From the NCBI GenBank assembly GCA_963806225.1, contig CAWDXG010000004.1, positions 2,144,001 to 2,208,000 of the forward strand: a stretch of DNA of 64,000 nt. The letters run 5' to 3'. Shown here piece after piece: positions 20,411 to 30,548 of this stretch. A model generated the notes under the pieces. That model was not told the DNA's origin. It was given only the letters and a program-made list of their open reading frames with translations, and did not search any database. This stretch comes from an uncultured delta proteobacterium (GTDB taxonomy: Bacteria; Myxococcota_A; Polyangia; Polyangiales; Polyangiaceae). Made by a program: the position numbers and the translations under genes. Within the stretch, counting starts at the first letter, position 1. Every line of letters begins with the position of its first letter.

Positions 20411-21882
20411 GGCTTCCCTCCGCCGGGCTTGTCTGCGGGCGCCGCGGACTTGCCCTGCGGCTGAGCGGGCTTTTCCGGTCTGGCGCCCGGCTTCGCGGGC
20501 TTCTCGCTCTTGTGGATCACCTTCTTCACCTCGCGCGTGACCTTGAACTCCACGCGACGGTTCAAGAACCAGGCATGCTCGGAGTTCTTCTTCACCAGAG
20601 GGCGGCTCGAGCCGAAGCCCTGATAGCTCAGCCGGCTCTCCTTGATGCCGTGCTTGACCAGATACTCGAGCACGGCCTTGGCGCGCATCGCGCTCAACCT
20701 CTTATTGTACGACGCCGGCCCCCGCTCGTCGGCATGCCCCTGCACATCGATGTGCACGTACTCCGGGTGATCGGCCAGCAGCTTGGTCAAGTGGTTGAGG
20801 AGCGGATAGCTCACGGGTCTGATGATCCAGGAATTGACGCGGAAGTGCACGCGGTCGTCGAGCACAATCTTGTCACCGATGACCCGGACTTGCTCCTCGT
20901 CGGGGCAACCGTCGTCGTCGGCGTAGCCGTTCTTCGTCTCCGGCTCGTTCGGGCAGAGGTCTTCCTTGTCCGGAATGCCGTCCTTGTCGTTGTCCGGATC
21001 CGGGCAGCCATCCTCGTCCTGGAAGCCGTCCACGTCCTCCGGCTCGTTCGGGCACTGGTCGACCTTGTCGGGGATCCCGTCCTTGTCGTTGTCCGGATCG
21101 GGGCAGCCATCCTGGTCCTGGAAGCCGTCCACGTCCTCCGGCACGTTCGGGCAGTGATCGACCTTGTCCGGAATGCCGTCCTTGTCGTTGTCTGGATCGG
21201 GGCAGCCGTCGGCGTCCTGGAAGCCGTCCTTGTCCTCCGGATCGTCGGGGCACTTGTCGACGTTGTCCTTGATGCCGTCGTGGTCGCGGTCACCGATCAC
21301 GTGTCGAGCCGTGTCCCACATCACGTGCACGCCCAGGATCGCGATGTTCGCGTCGTCGGGGCGCAATGCGTCATTCGGCTGGAACACGTGCAGGTAGCCG
21401 AGCATCGGCCCCACGCCTAGCTTGCCGCGCTCGTAGAGCAGGTCGAAGCCCAGCTGCGCGTCCAGCATCCCGCGCGCCAGGCCGCCTGTCGCCGCGACCC
21501 CGCCCGAACCCGCTGCCCACAGCCCTGCCGCGCTCAGGGGCTTGCCGAACCGGTAGCTTCCAGCGAACGGCCGCACGCGTAGACCGATCCCGCCGGTGTA
21601 GGCCGTCGCGGAGCCCCCACGGGCGAGCGTCGGATCCTTCGGCGCGCTGCCCTGCGACAGCCACAGCGCGCCGAGCTCGAGCTGCACGCCTAGCTCGCGG
21701 GTCAAGGGCAGCTCGGCCGCGCCCAGCCCCGTCGCGCCGAAGCCGAGCTCGTCCTTCTGGTGGCCTGTGAAGGCGTGCGCCGCGCCCGCACCGGCGTGCA
21801 GACGCAACGGTTCGGCAGTTGCAGTCGAAGCACAGGCCGCCGCGAGGCAGACCGTGACCAGAGCAGGGAAGAGTGCGCGCAT
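20407..21882 (-). CDS. OmpA-family protein with thrombospondin type-3 repeats
   Basis: Signal peptide, beta-strand N-domain, DGIPDKVDxCP..PED.DGFQD.DGCPD repeats, OmpA_C (GHADERG, NRRVEF). Confidence 0.9.
   Translation of the reverse strand: MRALFPALVTVCLAAACASTATAEPLRLHAGAGAAHAFTGHQKDELGFGATGLGAAELPLTRELGVQLELGALWLSQGSAPKDPTLARGGSATAYTGGIGLRVRPFAGSYRFGKPLSAAGLWAAGSGGVAATGGLARGMLDAQLGFDLLYERGKLGVGPMLGYLHVFQPNDALRPDDANIAILGVHVMWDTARHVIGDRDHDGIKDNVDKCPDDPEDKDGFQDADGCPDPDNDKDGIPDKVDHCPNVPEDVDGFQDQDGCPDPDNDKDGIPDKVDQCPNEPEDVDGFQDEDGCPDPDNDKDGIPDKEDLCPNEPETKNGYADDDGCPDEEQVRVIGDKIVLDDRVHFRVNSWIIRPVSYPLLNHLTKLLADHPEYVHIDVQGHADERGPASYNKRLSAMRAKAVLEYLVKHGIKESRLSYQGFGSSRPLVKKNSEHAWFLNRRVEFKVTREVKKVIHKSEKPAKPGARPEKPAQPQGKSAAPADKPGGGKP
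20900..21290 (-). repeat. TSP3 coding repeats, 33 aa / 99 bp units
   Basis: Repeated TCCTTGTCGTTGTC..GATC and CCTGGAAGCCGTCC on the + strand. Confidence 0.85.
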
Positions 21883-22085
21883 GGGTCGTCGTAGCTGTCC
21901 CTATCCGGGACGGCCGGACACGCGAGGAAGTTAAGCCCCGCAGATACCAGAGGATTTTCGCACGACTGGCACGCAAGGGGAAACCAGCCGCCCCCGACCG
22001 GCCAATCGCCCAGCTGGCCGGGGCTCGGCTGCGCCGCGTCATGATCGAGCTGCGGCGTCATCGCTGCGGCGTTGCCAGGCGCGGC

Positions 22086-22541
22086 TCACGACGCGCCGGC
22101 GGGCGGCTCGGCGGGGAACACTGCGGGACCGTGGCCCACGCGCATCACGAGGAACTGGTTCTTCGTCGCGCCGACGTTGATCTCGCGGTGGACGAGGCCA
22201 GGGGGGACGATGCCCATGGAGCCGTCGGCGCGCAGGTGCAGCCGCTCCTCGCCGAACTCGACGACGCACTCGCCCTGGAGCAAAAGGACGTAGGTGGTGT
22301 GCTCCCCGTGGTGGTGCCAGGGCGAGGCGCTGCCGGGATCGGTGGAAACGAAGCCCGCCCAGACGTTGCCGTCATCGACGCAGGCCTCGCGGTAGAAGCC
22401 GACGCCGGGCGGAGACGGCAGGGCGACGCGCTCGCTTGGCTTGATGATGGTAATGGCGTCGGTCGCGATGGCGGGCACGGCGGGCGCCTGCGGGGCGGGA
22501 GCGGCGGAAGTGGCGTTCTGGTTTTCGCTCGTGGTGGTCAT
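22086..22541 (-). CDS. Cupin domain protein
   Basis: SPWHHHGEH...Y.LQG and VPPGLVHRE.N cupin motifs; own RBS CAGGAG before ATG 22541. Confidence 0.8.
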   Translation of the reverse strand: MTTTSENQNATSAAPAPQAPAVPAIATDAITIIKPSERVALPSPPGVGFYREACVDDGNVWAGFVSTDPGSASPWHHHGEHTTYVLLLQGECVVEFGEERLHLRADGSMGIVPPGLVHREINVGATKNQFLVMRVGHGPAVFPAEPPAGAS

Positions 22542-22961
22542 GTTGGTCTCCTGAATCTGTGCGGTGGTGCTGGATGGGGCGGGGTTTTCGGGCTTGCACG
22601 CTGGATGCCCAGCGCCGCCCGGAGCTCGCCGGGCGGCGCTGGGCATCCAGGAGCGCGGGCCCACCTCGGTGACGACCTCGACGATCGACTCGGTCGGAGG
22701 GGCGGCGAAGTACTCGGCGAATCCCGCCATCGCTTCGCCGAACGCGGGCTGGCCGAGGAAGGCCTGCATCTGCTTCGCGTCGGCCCAGGTGCCGATGGTG
22801 ACGATCTCGTTCTTCTCGCGGTCGGCGCTCATATTCGCGCCGCGCCAGGCGTCGAGGGGCCGCGCGAGCGGTGGGATCTTCTCGTCGAACAGGGCGCGGA
22901 CGGCATCGATGCTGCCGGGCTTGAGCTGGATGGTGTGGATGGCGAGGTAGGTCTTGGTCAT
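22542..22961 (-). CDS. Antibiotic biosynthesis monooxygenase (dimeric alpha-beta barrel)-like domain, in frame with the downstream cupin (no stop codon)
   Basis: GGGAGAG RBS, about 100-aa domain (KPGSID...W...F...M..F..YF..PP); reads through into the cupin. Confidence 0.6.
22601..22650. repeat. Perfect 22-bp inverted repeat with 6-nt loop
   Basis: CTGGATGCCCAGCGCCGCCCGG-AGCTCG-CCGGGCGGCGCTGGGCATCCAG. Confidence 0.95.
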
Positions 22962-23021
22962 TGGTCTCTCTCCCTGACCGCGGTTGTCTGCGGCCACGAG
23001 AATGAACTTGACCCCGACCCA

Positions 23022-23050
23022 TCAAGGGCCCGTCAAGGGAGCGTCAACGC
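23022..23050. promoter_or_regulatory. Three heptamer direct repeats at 11-bp period (SARP/OmpR-type wHTH site)
   Basis: TCAAGGG (23022), TCAAGGG (23033), TCAACGC (23044), upstream of the ABM gene. Confidence 0.6.
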
Positions 23051-23110
23051 GCCGCGAAAAGGTCGTAGTCAGTTGTTTCTGTGCGTTGACGATGCCGGCC
23101 TGAAGGCCGG

Positions 23111-25102
23111 TCAGCTCAAGCCGGCGCGCTCCATCATCGCCTTGAGCGCCGTGCCTACCGCCGGGTCCCGGTAGATGAACGTCACGGCGAATCGATCGAG
23201 CGAAAAGCCCGGCTCCTCGGCGTAGATCTCCTCGCACACCCGCGCGGCCGCCTCCGTGTCACCGACGGCCGCGTAGCAGGCGGCGAGGTGGCAGCGGTAG
23301 CGGTTCTGGGTCGGCGTCGCCGCGCGCAGCGCCTCGATGGCTTCGTCGTAGCGATCCTGCAGCATCAGCACGCGCCCGAGGTTGAATTGATAGAAGCCCG
23401 GGTGGAACGGGTTGCTGCGGATGGCCATGCGTGCGAAGCGCTCGGCCTCGGGCTGGTCGCCGAGGAAGCACAACAGAGCCGCCATCTGCGACTGGATGCG
23501 GTCGTCGTTGGGGTTGAGCGCGTAGGCGCGGCGCAGGTAATGCTCGGCCTCGTCGTAGCGACGGCGGAAGAGGTAGAGCTCGCCGATCAGGCGCACGCAC
23601 TCCGTTTCCTCGTCGTCGATCGACTCGATCTCCTTCAGCTTCTTGAAGGCGTCGTCGAGGAGCGCCATGTAGCGCTTGGAGTTCATGCGCTCCGCCCGCC
23701 CCTGCTCGAAGTTCTTCGCGCGAGCGATGGCGCAGCTGAGCCAGCCGCGCGCGAGCGGGTAGTCGGGCTTCTTCTTCAGCGCCTCCTCGAAGAACGCCAC
23801 GGCCTTGTCGGAGTCTTCGGGGGTGTAGCGGTGGTGGTGGAAGCGGCCGCGCAGCACGCACTCGTAGGCGTCGAGGTCAGCGGTCGCCTTGCGCCGCGCG
23901 CGGGCTAGCGCGGCGGCCTCGACGCGGCCGGCAACGGTGGCCACTACGCGCTGCACCAGCTCGTCCTGGAATTCGAAGACGTCGCCGAGCATGCCGTCGT
24001 TCTGCTGCGACCAGATCTGCGCGCCCTGGTCGGCATCGACGAGCTGGGTCGTCACGCGCACGCGGTCGCCTGACAGCTGCACACTGCCTTGCAGGATATG
24101 GTGCACGCCGAGCTGGCGTCCGATCTCCTGCGGCGTGAGCCCGCGGCCGCGCAGTGCGAACGTCGCCGAGCGCGACATCACGCAGAGCGACGAGAACTGC
24201 GACAGCGCCGTGGTAATGTCCTCGGTGAAGCCGTCGCAGAGGTAGTCGCGCGCCGGATCGGCGCTGAGGTTGTCGAAGGGCATCACCGCGATCGACGGCT
24301 TGTCCGGCAGCGGCAGCGTTGGAGCTCGTGGCGCGGGCGGCGCTTCGGCAGCAGCGCCGACTTCGGCTGCGTCGGCCGCTGCGCGGAGCTTCTCGTAGAG
24401 CGCTACCGTCTCGGGCGCGGGCGCCGCGTCCAGGTGACGCCGGAGCGCGTCCTGACACGCCTGGTACTGGGCGACCGCCTCGCTGCGCCGGCCGAGCCGC
24501 GCGTAGACTTCCATCAGCCCGCGGTGCGCTTCTTCGCAGGCCGGGCAGAGCTTGAGCAGACGCCAGTACGTCTCGGTGAGCGCCTCGTCCTCGCCCGCGC
24601 AAGCCTGCTGGGCCGCACAGCGCAGCAGCAGACGCTGTCCGGCGTCCTGCAGGCGCACCCGCGCGTCGCGCACGAAGTCGTCCGCGGGGTCTTCTCCGAA
24701 CACCAGGCCCGGCAGCAGCGGACCGCGCACGTAGTGGGACGGGGCGCAGGCCGGCGCATCCTCGAGCAGCGATAGCCCGCCGAGCACCTCGTCGACATCG
24801 ACGTGCACGCGCGAGAGTTCGAGGCCGACCTCGGTCCCGTCACTGACCAGCACGCCGTCGCCGAGAGCCTTGCGCAGCGACGACAGACATTGCCGAAGGC
24901 TCTGCCGCGCCTGCGCGTCCCCGCTACCCGACCAGAACAGCGACGCGAGCTCCTGTCGGGGAGCACGCTTGCCGTGGGCCAGCGCCAGATACGCGAGCAC
25001 CCCACGCTGCTTTGCGGCCTGGATCGGGATCTCCTGCCCGTCCGGCCCTACGCACTCGAAGGGGCCGAGCAGACGCAAGGACATGCGCGCCGGGTCCGCC
25101 AC
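23111..25102 (-). CDS. SARP-type transcriptional regulator (wHTH + BTAD + TolB-like + TPR)
   Basis: LRLLGPF, LAYLAL, ARQSLRQCLS.LR, EEAHRGLM..Y...G.R..A..QY, PSIAVMPFDNLS, TPR repeats. Confidence 0.88.
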   Translation of the reverse strand: MADPARMSLRLLGPFECVGPDGQEIPIQAAKQRGVLAYLALAHGKRAPRQELASLFWSGSGDAQARQSLRQCLSSLRKALGDGVLVSDGTEVGLELSRVHVDVDEVLGGLSLLEDAPACAPSHYVRGPLLPGLVFGEDPADDFVRDARVRLQDAGQRLLLRCAAQQACAGEDEALTETYWRLLKLCPACEEAHRGLMEVYARLGRRSEAVAQYQACQDALRRHLDAAPAPETVALYEKLRAAADAAEVGAAAEAPPAPRAPTLPLPDKPSIAVMPFDNLSADPARDYLCDGFTEDITTALSQFSSLCVMSRSATFALRGRGLTPQEIGRQLGVHHILQGSVQLSGDRVRVTTQLVDADQGAQIWSQQNDGMLGDVFEFQDELVQRVVATVAGRVEAAALARARRKATADLDAYECVLRGRFHHHRYTPEDSDKAVAFFEEALKKKPDYPLARGWLSCAIARAKNFEQGRAERMNSKRYMALLDDAFKKLKEIESIDDEETECVRLIGELYLFRRRYDEAEHYLRRAYALNPNDDRIQSQMAALLCFLGDQPEAERFARMAIRSNPFHPGFYQFNLGRVLMLQDRYDEAIEALRAATPTQNRYRCHLAACYAAVGDTEAAARVCEEIYAEEPGFSLDRFAVTFIYRDPAVGTALKAMMERAGLS

Positions 25103-25337
25103 GACGGAACTCTAGCAGATCAAGCCGGATTGCCGACGATACCGTCCGCGACGCGCGCGCTGCCCCGCGCAGCGCCGGGAGATGTGGCGCTTCGCCGCGA
25201 AGCAGGCGCCGGTGGCGAGGGGCCTACGCAGCCCTGACCCGCATGGCCAACGGCGATGCGCAGCTTCCAGGGGAAGTCTGGTCGCACAACAACGACGTGA
25301 CCGCCATGCACCCGATCGGCGGCCGGCATGTGACGAA

Positions 25338-25685
25338 CTATCCCGTCGGGCGCGCTACGTCGGGGTGTTCATTGTAGAAGGCGTCGAGGCTTTCCTGGCT
25401 GATGCGGACCTCGATTTCGCCTTCTTGCTCGATGCGGGTCTGACAGCCCAGGCGGGAGGTCATGCGCACGTCGAAGGCCTTGTCGAGGATATCTTCTTCC
25501 TCTTCCTCGGCCTCGCTGAGGAGCTCCAGGCCCTTTTCCACGTAGACGTGGCAGGTGCTGCACGCGCACACGCCGCCGCAGGCGTCGCCTTCGGGCGCGC
25601 CGCACTTGCGCGAGGCCTGGAGGAGGGTGGTGCCGACGGGCACTTCGACTTCGATGCCTTGATCGAGGTAGCGGACCTTGGCCAT
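25338..25685 (-). CDS. fdx: ISC system 2Fe-2S ferredoxin
   Basis: ACGGVCACSTCHV...SRLGCQ; last gene of the isc operon. Confidence 0.92.
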   Translation of the reverse strand: MAKVRYLDQGIEVEVPVGTTLLQASRKCGAPEGDACGGVCACSTCHVYVEKGLELLSEAEEEEEDILDKAFDVRMTSRLGCQTRIEQEGEIEVRISQESLDAFYNEHPDVARPTG

Positions 25686-27610
25686 CAGCCTGCCTTGTTC
25701 CTTGCGTGGGCTTCGACGTGGGCGTCGACACCGGCGGCGTGGGAGACGGTGCCTTCGACGTCGCCGACGCGCTTGCCGCCAATGGCCTGCGCGATGGCGC
25801 GGTTCATGCGGCGACCGGCCCACTCGTGCGTCGCGTCGTCGAGCTCGTCGATGCGCGCCTGCACCGTGGAAGCGTGCTTGGCTTCGCCGACCGCGTCCGA
25901 GAGCGCGCGGAAGGCCGCCTCGATCTGCGTCTTCTCGTCGCCTTCGAGCAGATCGCCGTCGGCGCCGAGCGCTTTCTTCGTCGCGAGCAGGATGCGTTCG
26001 CCCTCCACGCGCGCATCGGCGAGGCGTCGCGCCTCGTAGTCCTCCTCACCGTGGTCGAGCGCGTCGAGCAGCATGTCCTCGACCTGCTCGTCGCTCAGGC
26101 CGTAGCTCGGCTTGACCTCGACCTTCTGCTCGAGGCCCGTGGTGAGCTCGAGCGCGTGCACCTGCAGCAGGCTGTTCTCGTCGACGTGGAACGTCACTTC
26201 CAGCCGCGCCATGCCGGCGGGCATGGGCGGGATGCCGCGCAGCGTGAAGCGCGCCAGCGAGCGGCAGTCGCCGGCCAGCTCGCGCTCGCCCTGCACCACG
26301 TGGATCTCGAAGCCCGTCTGGTTGTCGGCGTAGGTCGTGAACGTGCTCTTGGCGCCGGCGGGGATGGTGGTGTTGCGCGGCAGGATGCGGTCCACGCCGC
26401 CGCCCATCGTCTCGATCCCGAGCGACAGCGGCAGCACGTCGAGCAAGAGCACCTCGTCGCTGGAGGTGGCGAGCAGATCGGCCTGCACGGCCGCGCCGTA
26501 GGCGACGACCAGATCCGGATCGATGTCGCCCAGCGGCTCCCGCCCGAACACCTCCGCCACGAAGCTCTTCACACGCGGCACGCGCGTCGAACCGCCCACC
26601 AGGATCACGCCGTCGATCTGTTCTTTCGTGACGCCCGCGTCGCGCAGCGCGCGGCGGCAGGCACGACCGGTGCGCTCGAGCAGCGGCTGGATCAGCTCGT
26701 CGAAATCCGCGCGCGCGATGCGGAACGACACGTCGCCTCCCCCGCGCTTCGGCAGCTCTGCGTACACTTCCGCCGCGTCGGTCAGGCCGTGCTTCACGCG
26801 GCGCGCGGCCTCGAGCGCGATGCTGATGACCTCCGGCGTGCGGCTCGCGTCGTCGCTGCAGCCCATCGCGTCGAGCATGCGCTCGGCGATCAGCCGATCC
26901 ATGTCGTCGCCGCCGAGCGCGCTGTCGCCGCCGGTGCTCCGCACCTGGAAAATGCCGTCCTCCAGCGTGAGCAGCGTGATGTCGAAGGTGCCGCCGCCCA
27001 GGTCGTACACGGCGAACAGGCCGTTGTGTTTCTTCTCCAGGCCGTACGCGAGCGCCGCGGCCGTTGGCTCGTTGAGCAGACGCAGCACCTCGATGCCCGC
27101 GAGCCGTCCGGCGTCGCGTGTGGCCTGGCGCTGCGCATCGTCGAAATACGCCGGCACCGTGATAACCGCGCCGCCCACGGCGTGCAGCTGATCGACGGCG
27201 CTCTGCTTCAGGCTCTTCAGGATCTCGGCGCTCACTTCGACGGGCGTGGCCACCCTGTCGCCCAGATCGAAGCGCACGACCTTGGCGTCGTCGTCGCTCT
27301 GCGGCTTCACGAAACGGTAGGCGCCGAGCCGCTCCGTCTCGGCGTCGCCCGCGCCACGCCCCATGAAGCGCTTCACGCTCGCGATGGTGCGCCCGGGCTC
27401 GCGCGTCGCGTACGGTCGCGCCGACGCGCCCACGATCACGCTGCCATGCGGCCCGTAGTGCACGATCGACGGCAGCAGCGCCGCCCCGTCGCAGGTCGTC
27501 AGCGCCACCGGCCGCCCGTCGCGCACGTGCGCCACGATCGAGTGCGTCGTGCCCAGATCGATACCGATGGGTGCGGGCGGCGCTTTGGGGTCGAAAATGT
27601 CGAGCAGCAT
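25685..27610 (-). CDS. hscA: Fe-S protein assembly chaperone HscA
   Basis: [39 protein letters not shown]; isc context. Confidence 0.93.
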   Translation of the reverse strand: MLLDIFDPKAPPAPIGIDLGTTHSIVAHVRDGRPVALTTCDGAALLPSIVHYGPHGSVIVGASARPYATREPGRTIASVKRFMGRGAGDAETERLGAYRFVKPQSDDDAKVVRFDLGDRVATPVEVSAEILKSLKQSAVDQLHAVGGAVITVPAYFDDAQRQATRDAGRLAGIEVLRLLNEPTAAALAYGLEKKHNGLFAVYDLGGGTFDITLLTLEDGIFQVRSTGGDSALGGDDMDRLIAERMLDAMGCSDDASRTPEVISIALEAARRVKHGLTDAAEVYAELPKRGGGDVSFRIARADFDELIQPLLERTGRACRRALRDAGVTKEQIDGVILVGGSTRVPRVKSFVAEVFGREPLGDIDPDLVVAYGAAVQADLLATSSDEVLLLDVLPLSLGIETMGGGVDRILPRNTTIPAGAKSTFTTYADNQTGFEIHVVQGERELAGDCRSLARFTLRGIPPMPAGMARLEVTFHVDENSLLQVHALELTTGLEQKVEVKPSYGLSDEQVEDMLLDALDHGEEDYEARRLADARVEGERILLATKKALGADGDLLEGDEKTQIEAAFRALSDAVGEAKHASTVQARIDELDDATHEWAGRRMNRAIAQAIGGKRVGDVEGTVSHAAGVDAHVEAHARNKAG

Positions 27611-27658
27611 GACATTTCTACAATTCAGCTGACGGTGTTGAGGCTCCTATCACGAGTG

Positions 27659-27853
27659 AACAGGAAGACTGGGAAGCGCTCTCTACGCCCATGGGTGACG
27701 GCCTATTTTCTGGGGGTCGAGGGGTGGTGCTCGTCATACGGCTCGTCCAGAGGGTGGGCGGCGGGTCTGCGACGTGCAAGTCTCTGGATTAGCAGTGTTC
27801 GGGCGAGCCAGCGCTCGACCCCAGAAACCTTCCAGTCTTCCAGTCTTCCTGTT
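27659..27853. repeat. Nested imperfect inverted-repeat element (REP/MITE-like hairpin) between hscB and hscA
   Basis: AACAGGAAGACTGGGAAG / CTTCCAGTCTTCCTGTT; TTTCTGGGGGTCGAG / CTCGACCCCAGAAA; TCCAGAG / CTCTGGA. Confidence 0.7.
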
Positions 27854-27890
27854 CCAGAAACCTCACAGGGTGATCCAGATCCGTACGAAC

Positions 27891-28406
27891 TCAGAACAGC
27901 TCGTCCTCGATGGCGGCGGCTTCGTCGAGGAAGCGGCGGTAGTAGCGGAGCTCGCCGAGCTGGCGGAGTAGATCGTCGCCGGCCGCGTGCGACTTGAAGC
28001 CGGCGTCGAGCTTGACGAGCACGCGCGCCTCGCGCTCGCGGATGCCGTCGGAGAGCTTCTCCAGTGCCGCCTGGTCGCGGGAGCGCCGCGCGTCGGCGAG
28101 CGCTTCGCGCTGCTCCATCATCTCCATCAGGAGCTCCGGATCGGCCTTCGGCTCGGCGCCGTCGCCCACCGGCACGCCCGAACGCGCGAGCAGCGCCTCG
28201 GCGCGACGGATCGGATCGCGCAGCTGCCGCCACGCCTCGTTCACCTCGATGGCGCGGCCGAGAGCCTGGCGCCGCTCCGCCGCCGGCCGCCCCGCGTAGC
28301 GATCCGGATGCAGCGCGCGGCTCAGGTCGCGATGGCGCTTCTCCAGCGCTCCGGGATCGAGATCGAAGCTGGGCTCGACGCCCAATGTCTCGAACGGATC
28401 GGCCAC
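27891..28406 (-). CDS. hscB: Fe-S assembly co-chaperone HscB
   Basis: DPFETLG, J-domain HPD, VNEAWRQLRDPIRRAE.LL, LMEMMEQRE, LRYYRRF. Confidence 0.92.
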   Translation of the reverse strand: MADPFETLGVEPSFDLDPGALEKRHRDLSRALHPDRYAGRPAAERRQALGRAIEVNEAWRQLRDPIRRAEALLARSGVPVGDGAEPKADPELLMEMMEQREALADARRSRDQAALEKLSDGIREREARVLVKLDAGFKSHAAGDDLLRQLGELRYYRRFLDEAAAIEDELF

Positions 28407-28411
28407 CGCAA

Positions 28412-28811
28412 CTAGCGCACCGTGAAGGAATGCCCGCAGCCGCAGCTCGAGGCTTCCTGCGGGTTTCTGAACTTGAAGCCCTGGAACATCAGCGTGCGCT
28501 CGTAGTCGAGCATCGAGCCGGCGAGGTAGATCAGGCTCTTCTTGTCGACGTAGAACTTCACGCCGCCGAACTCGAACACCCGGTCGCGCTCGCGCGGCGG
28601 GTCGTCCGAGAACTCGATCACGTAGCTGAAACCCGAGCAGCCCCCGCCGCGGATCCCGAGCCGGATCGCCGCGTCGGGCGTGCCGCGCTTGGCGAGCTTC
28701 TCCTTCGCGAACTCTACCGCCTCGTCGCTGACCGTGATGGCCCGCTTCGCCTCGCTCCGCGACAGGCGGCGGCGTCGGTGGATTCGCTGGCTCTGTGTCA
28801 TCTGCGCTCAT
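28412..28811 (-). CDS. iscA: A-type carrier IscA/HesB family (N-terminus probably frameshifted)
   Basis: RLGIRGGGCSGFSY, FKFRNPQ, CGCGHSF; RBS GGGAGA precedes ATG 28811 in the adjacent frame. Confidence 0.9.
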
Positions 28812-28827
28812 GGGGTCTCTCCCGATG

Positions 28828-29268
28828 TCAGGCGCGCGCCTCGTCGCCGCTCTTCTCGGCCGCCGCACCCCCTGCCAGCGCCTCGCGCGCGGCCTTCTTC
28901 TTCTTGTAGTCCTCGATGGCGCTCTTGATGGCGTCCTCGGCCAGCACCGAGCAGTGGATCTTCACCGGCGGCAGGTTCAGCTCCTCGGCGATCTGGCTGT
29001 TCTTGATCTCCGCGGCCTCGTCCACGTTCTTGCCCTTGATCCACTCGGTGGCCAGCGAGCTCGAAGCGATGGCCGAGCCGCAGCCGAAGGTCTTGAACTT
29101 CGCGTCCTCGATCACGCCGTCGTCGCCGACCTTGATCTGCAGCCGCATCACGTCGCCGCAGGCGGGCGCGCCGACCAGGCCCGTGCCCACGTCCGGATCT
29201 TCCTTGTCCAGCGTGCCGACGTTGCGCGGGTTCTCGTAGTGCTCGATGACTTTGTCGCTGTAGGCCAT
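28828..29268 (-). CDS. iscU: Fe-S cluster scaffold IscU
   Basis: MAYSDKVIEHYENPRNVG, GAPACGDVM, FGCGSAIASSS, LPPVKIHCS. Confidence 0.97.
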   Translation of the reverse strand: MAYSDKVIEHYENPRNVGTLDKEDPDVGTGLVGAPACGDVMRLQIKVGDDGVIEDAKFKTFGCGSAIASSSLATEWIKGKNVDEAAEIKNSQIAEELNLPPVKIHCSVLAEDAIKSAIEDYKKKKAAREALAGGAAAEKSGDEARA

Positions 29269-29308
29269 TTGAATCCGTACTCCGTAGCTCAGCAAAGGTG
29301 CGCGCGGC

Positions 29309-30536
29309 TCAGTGCGCGGCCCACTGGATGCTCTTGATGTCGATGCCGTCCTTGTGCATCTCGTAGAGCGGTGACATGTCGCGGAGCTTCGTGACCTTCG
29401 CGATCACGAGGTCCGCCACGAAATCGATTTCCTCTTCCGTGTTGAAGCGGCCGATGCCGAAGCGGATCGAGGAGTGCGCCAGGTCCTCGTCGAGGCCCAT
29501 CGAGCGCAGCACGTAGCTCGGCTCGAGGCTGGCGCTGGTGCAGGCCGAGCCGCTCGAGACGGCCACGTCCTTGATCGCCATCATCAGCCCCTCGCCCTCC
29601 ACGAAGGCGAAGGAGATGTTCAGGTTGCCCGCCAGGCGCTGGGTCGGGTGGCCGTTGAGCATGCACCAGGTCGAGCTTGTCTGGTGATGCGCTTGTGCAG
29701 GCGGTTCCTGAGCGCGAGGATGCGCTCGTTCTCCGCGGCGCCCTCCTCTTTCATGATCTCGCAGGCCTTGGCGAAGCCGACGATGCCCGGCACGTTCAGC
29801 GTGCCCGAGCGATTGCCGCGCTCGTGCCCGCCGCCGTCCATCTGCGCCACCAGCCGGACGCGCGGCTTGCGAGCGGCGGACGTACAGCGCGCCCACGCCC
29901 TTCGGCCCGTAGATCTTGTGCGCCGTCAGCGAAGCGAGGTCGACGTTCATCTTCTGCACGTCGAACGCCGTCTTGCCGATGCCCTGCACCGCGTCCGAGT
30001 GCAGCAAGCACGCCGCGCGCGCGGGTGATCTTGCCGATCTCCTCGATGGGCTGGATGGTGCCGACCTCGTTGTTGGCGAGCATCACGCTCACCAGGATGG
30101 TCTTGTCGGTGATGGCCTCCTCGATGTCGGCCGGGTCGACCACGCCGTCGGCGCCGACCTGCACGTACGTCACCTCGAAGCCCTGCTTCTCGAGGCGCTT
30201 GCACGAGTCGAGCACCGCCTTGTGCTCGATGCTGGTGGTGACGATGTGGTTGCCCTTCGACTTGTAGTACTCGGCGACGCCCTTGATCGCGAGGTTGTCG
30301 CTCTCGGTCGCGCCGGAGGTGAACACGATCTCCTTGCCGGAGCTCGCGCCTATCAGGTCGGCGATCGTCTCGCGCGACTTTTCCACCGGCGCTTCCGCGG
30401 CCCAGCCGAACTGGTGCGTGCGGCTCGCCGCGTTGCCGTACGTCTCGGTGAAGTACGGCAGCATCGCGTCGAGCACGCGCGGATCGACGCGCGTCGTCGC
30501 GTGGTTGTCCATGTAGATGGGGAGCTTGACGGCCAT
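29309..30536 (-). CDS. iscS: Cysteine desulfurase IscS (apparent frameshifts near 30008, 29873 and 29680)
   Basis: [55 protein letters not shown]-terminal IQWAAH, spread over several frames. Confidence 0.93.
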
Positions 30537-30548
30537 CGGGGGTCCTCG

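Noticed and set aside
20900..21290. Regular DNA repeats as a CRISPR array
   Set aside because: They are in-frame TSP3 protein repeats with no unique spacers, and no cas genes are present. The same applies to 15950-17175 and 57200-57950.
25706..27997. Long antisense or alternate-frame ORFs (for example opposite hscA, katG and gap)
   Set aside because: These are shadow ORFs expected at high GC; they are Arg/Ala/Gly-rich and overlap well-supported genes.
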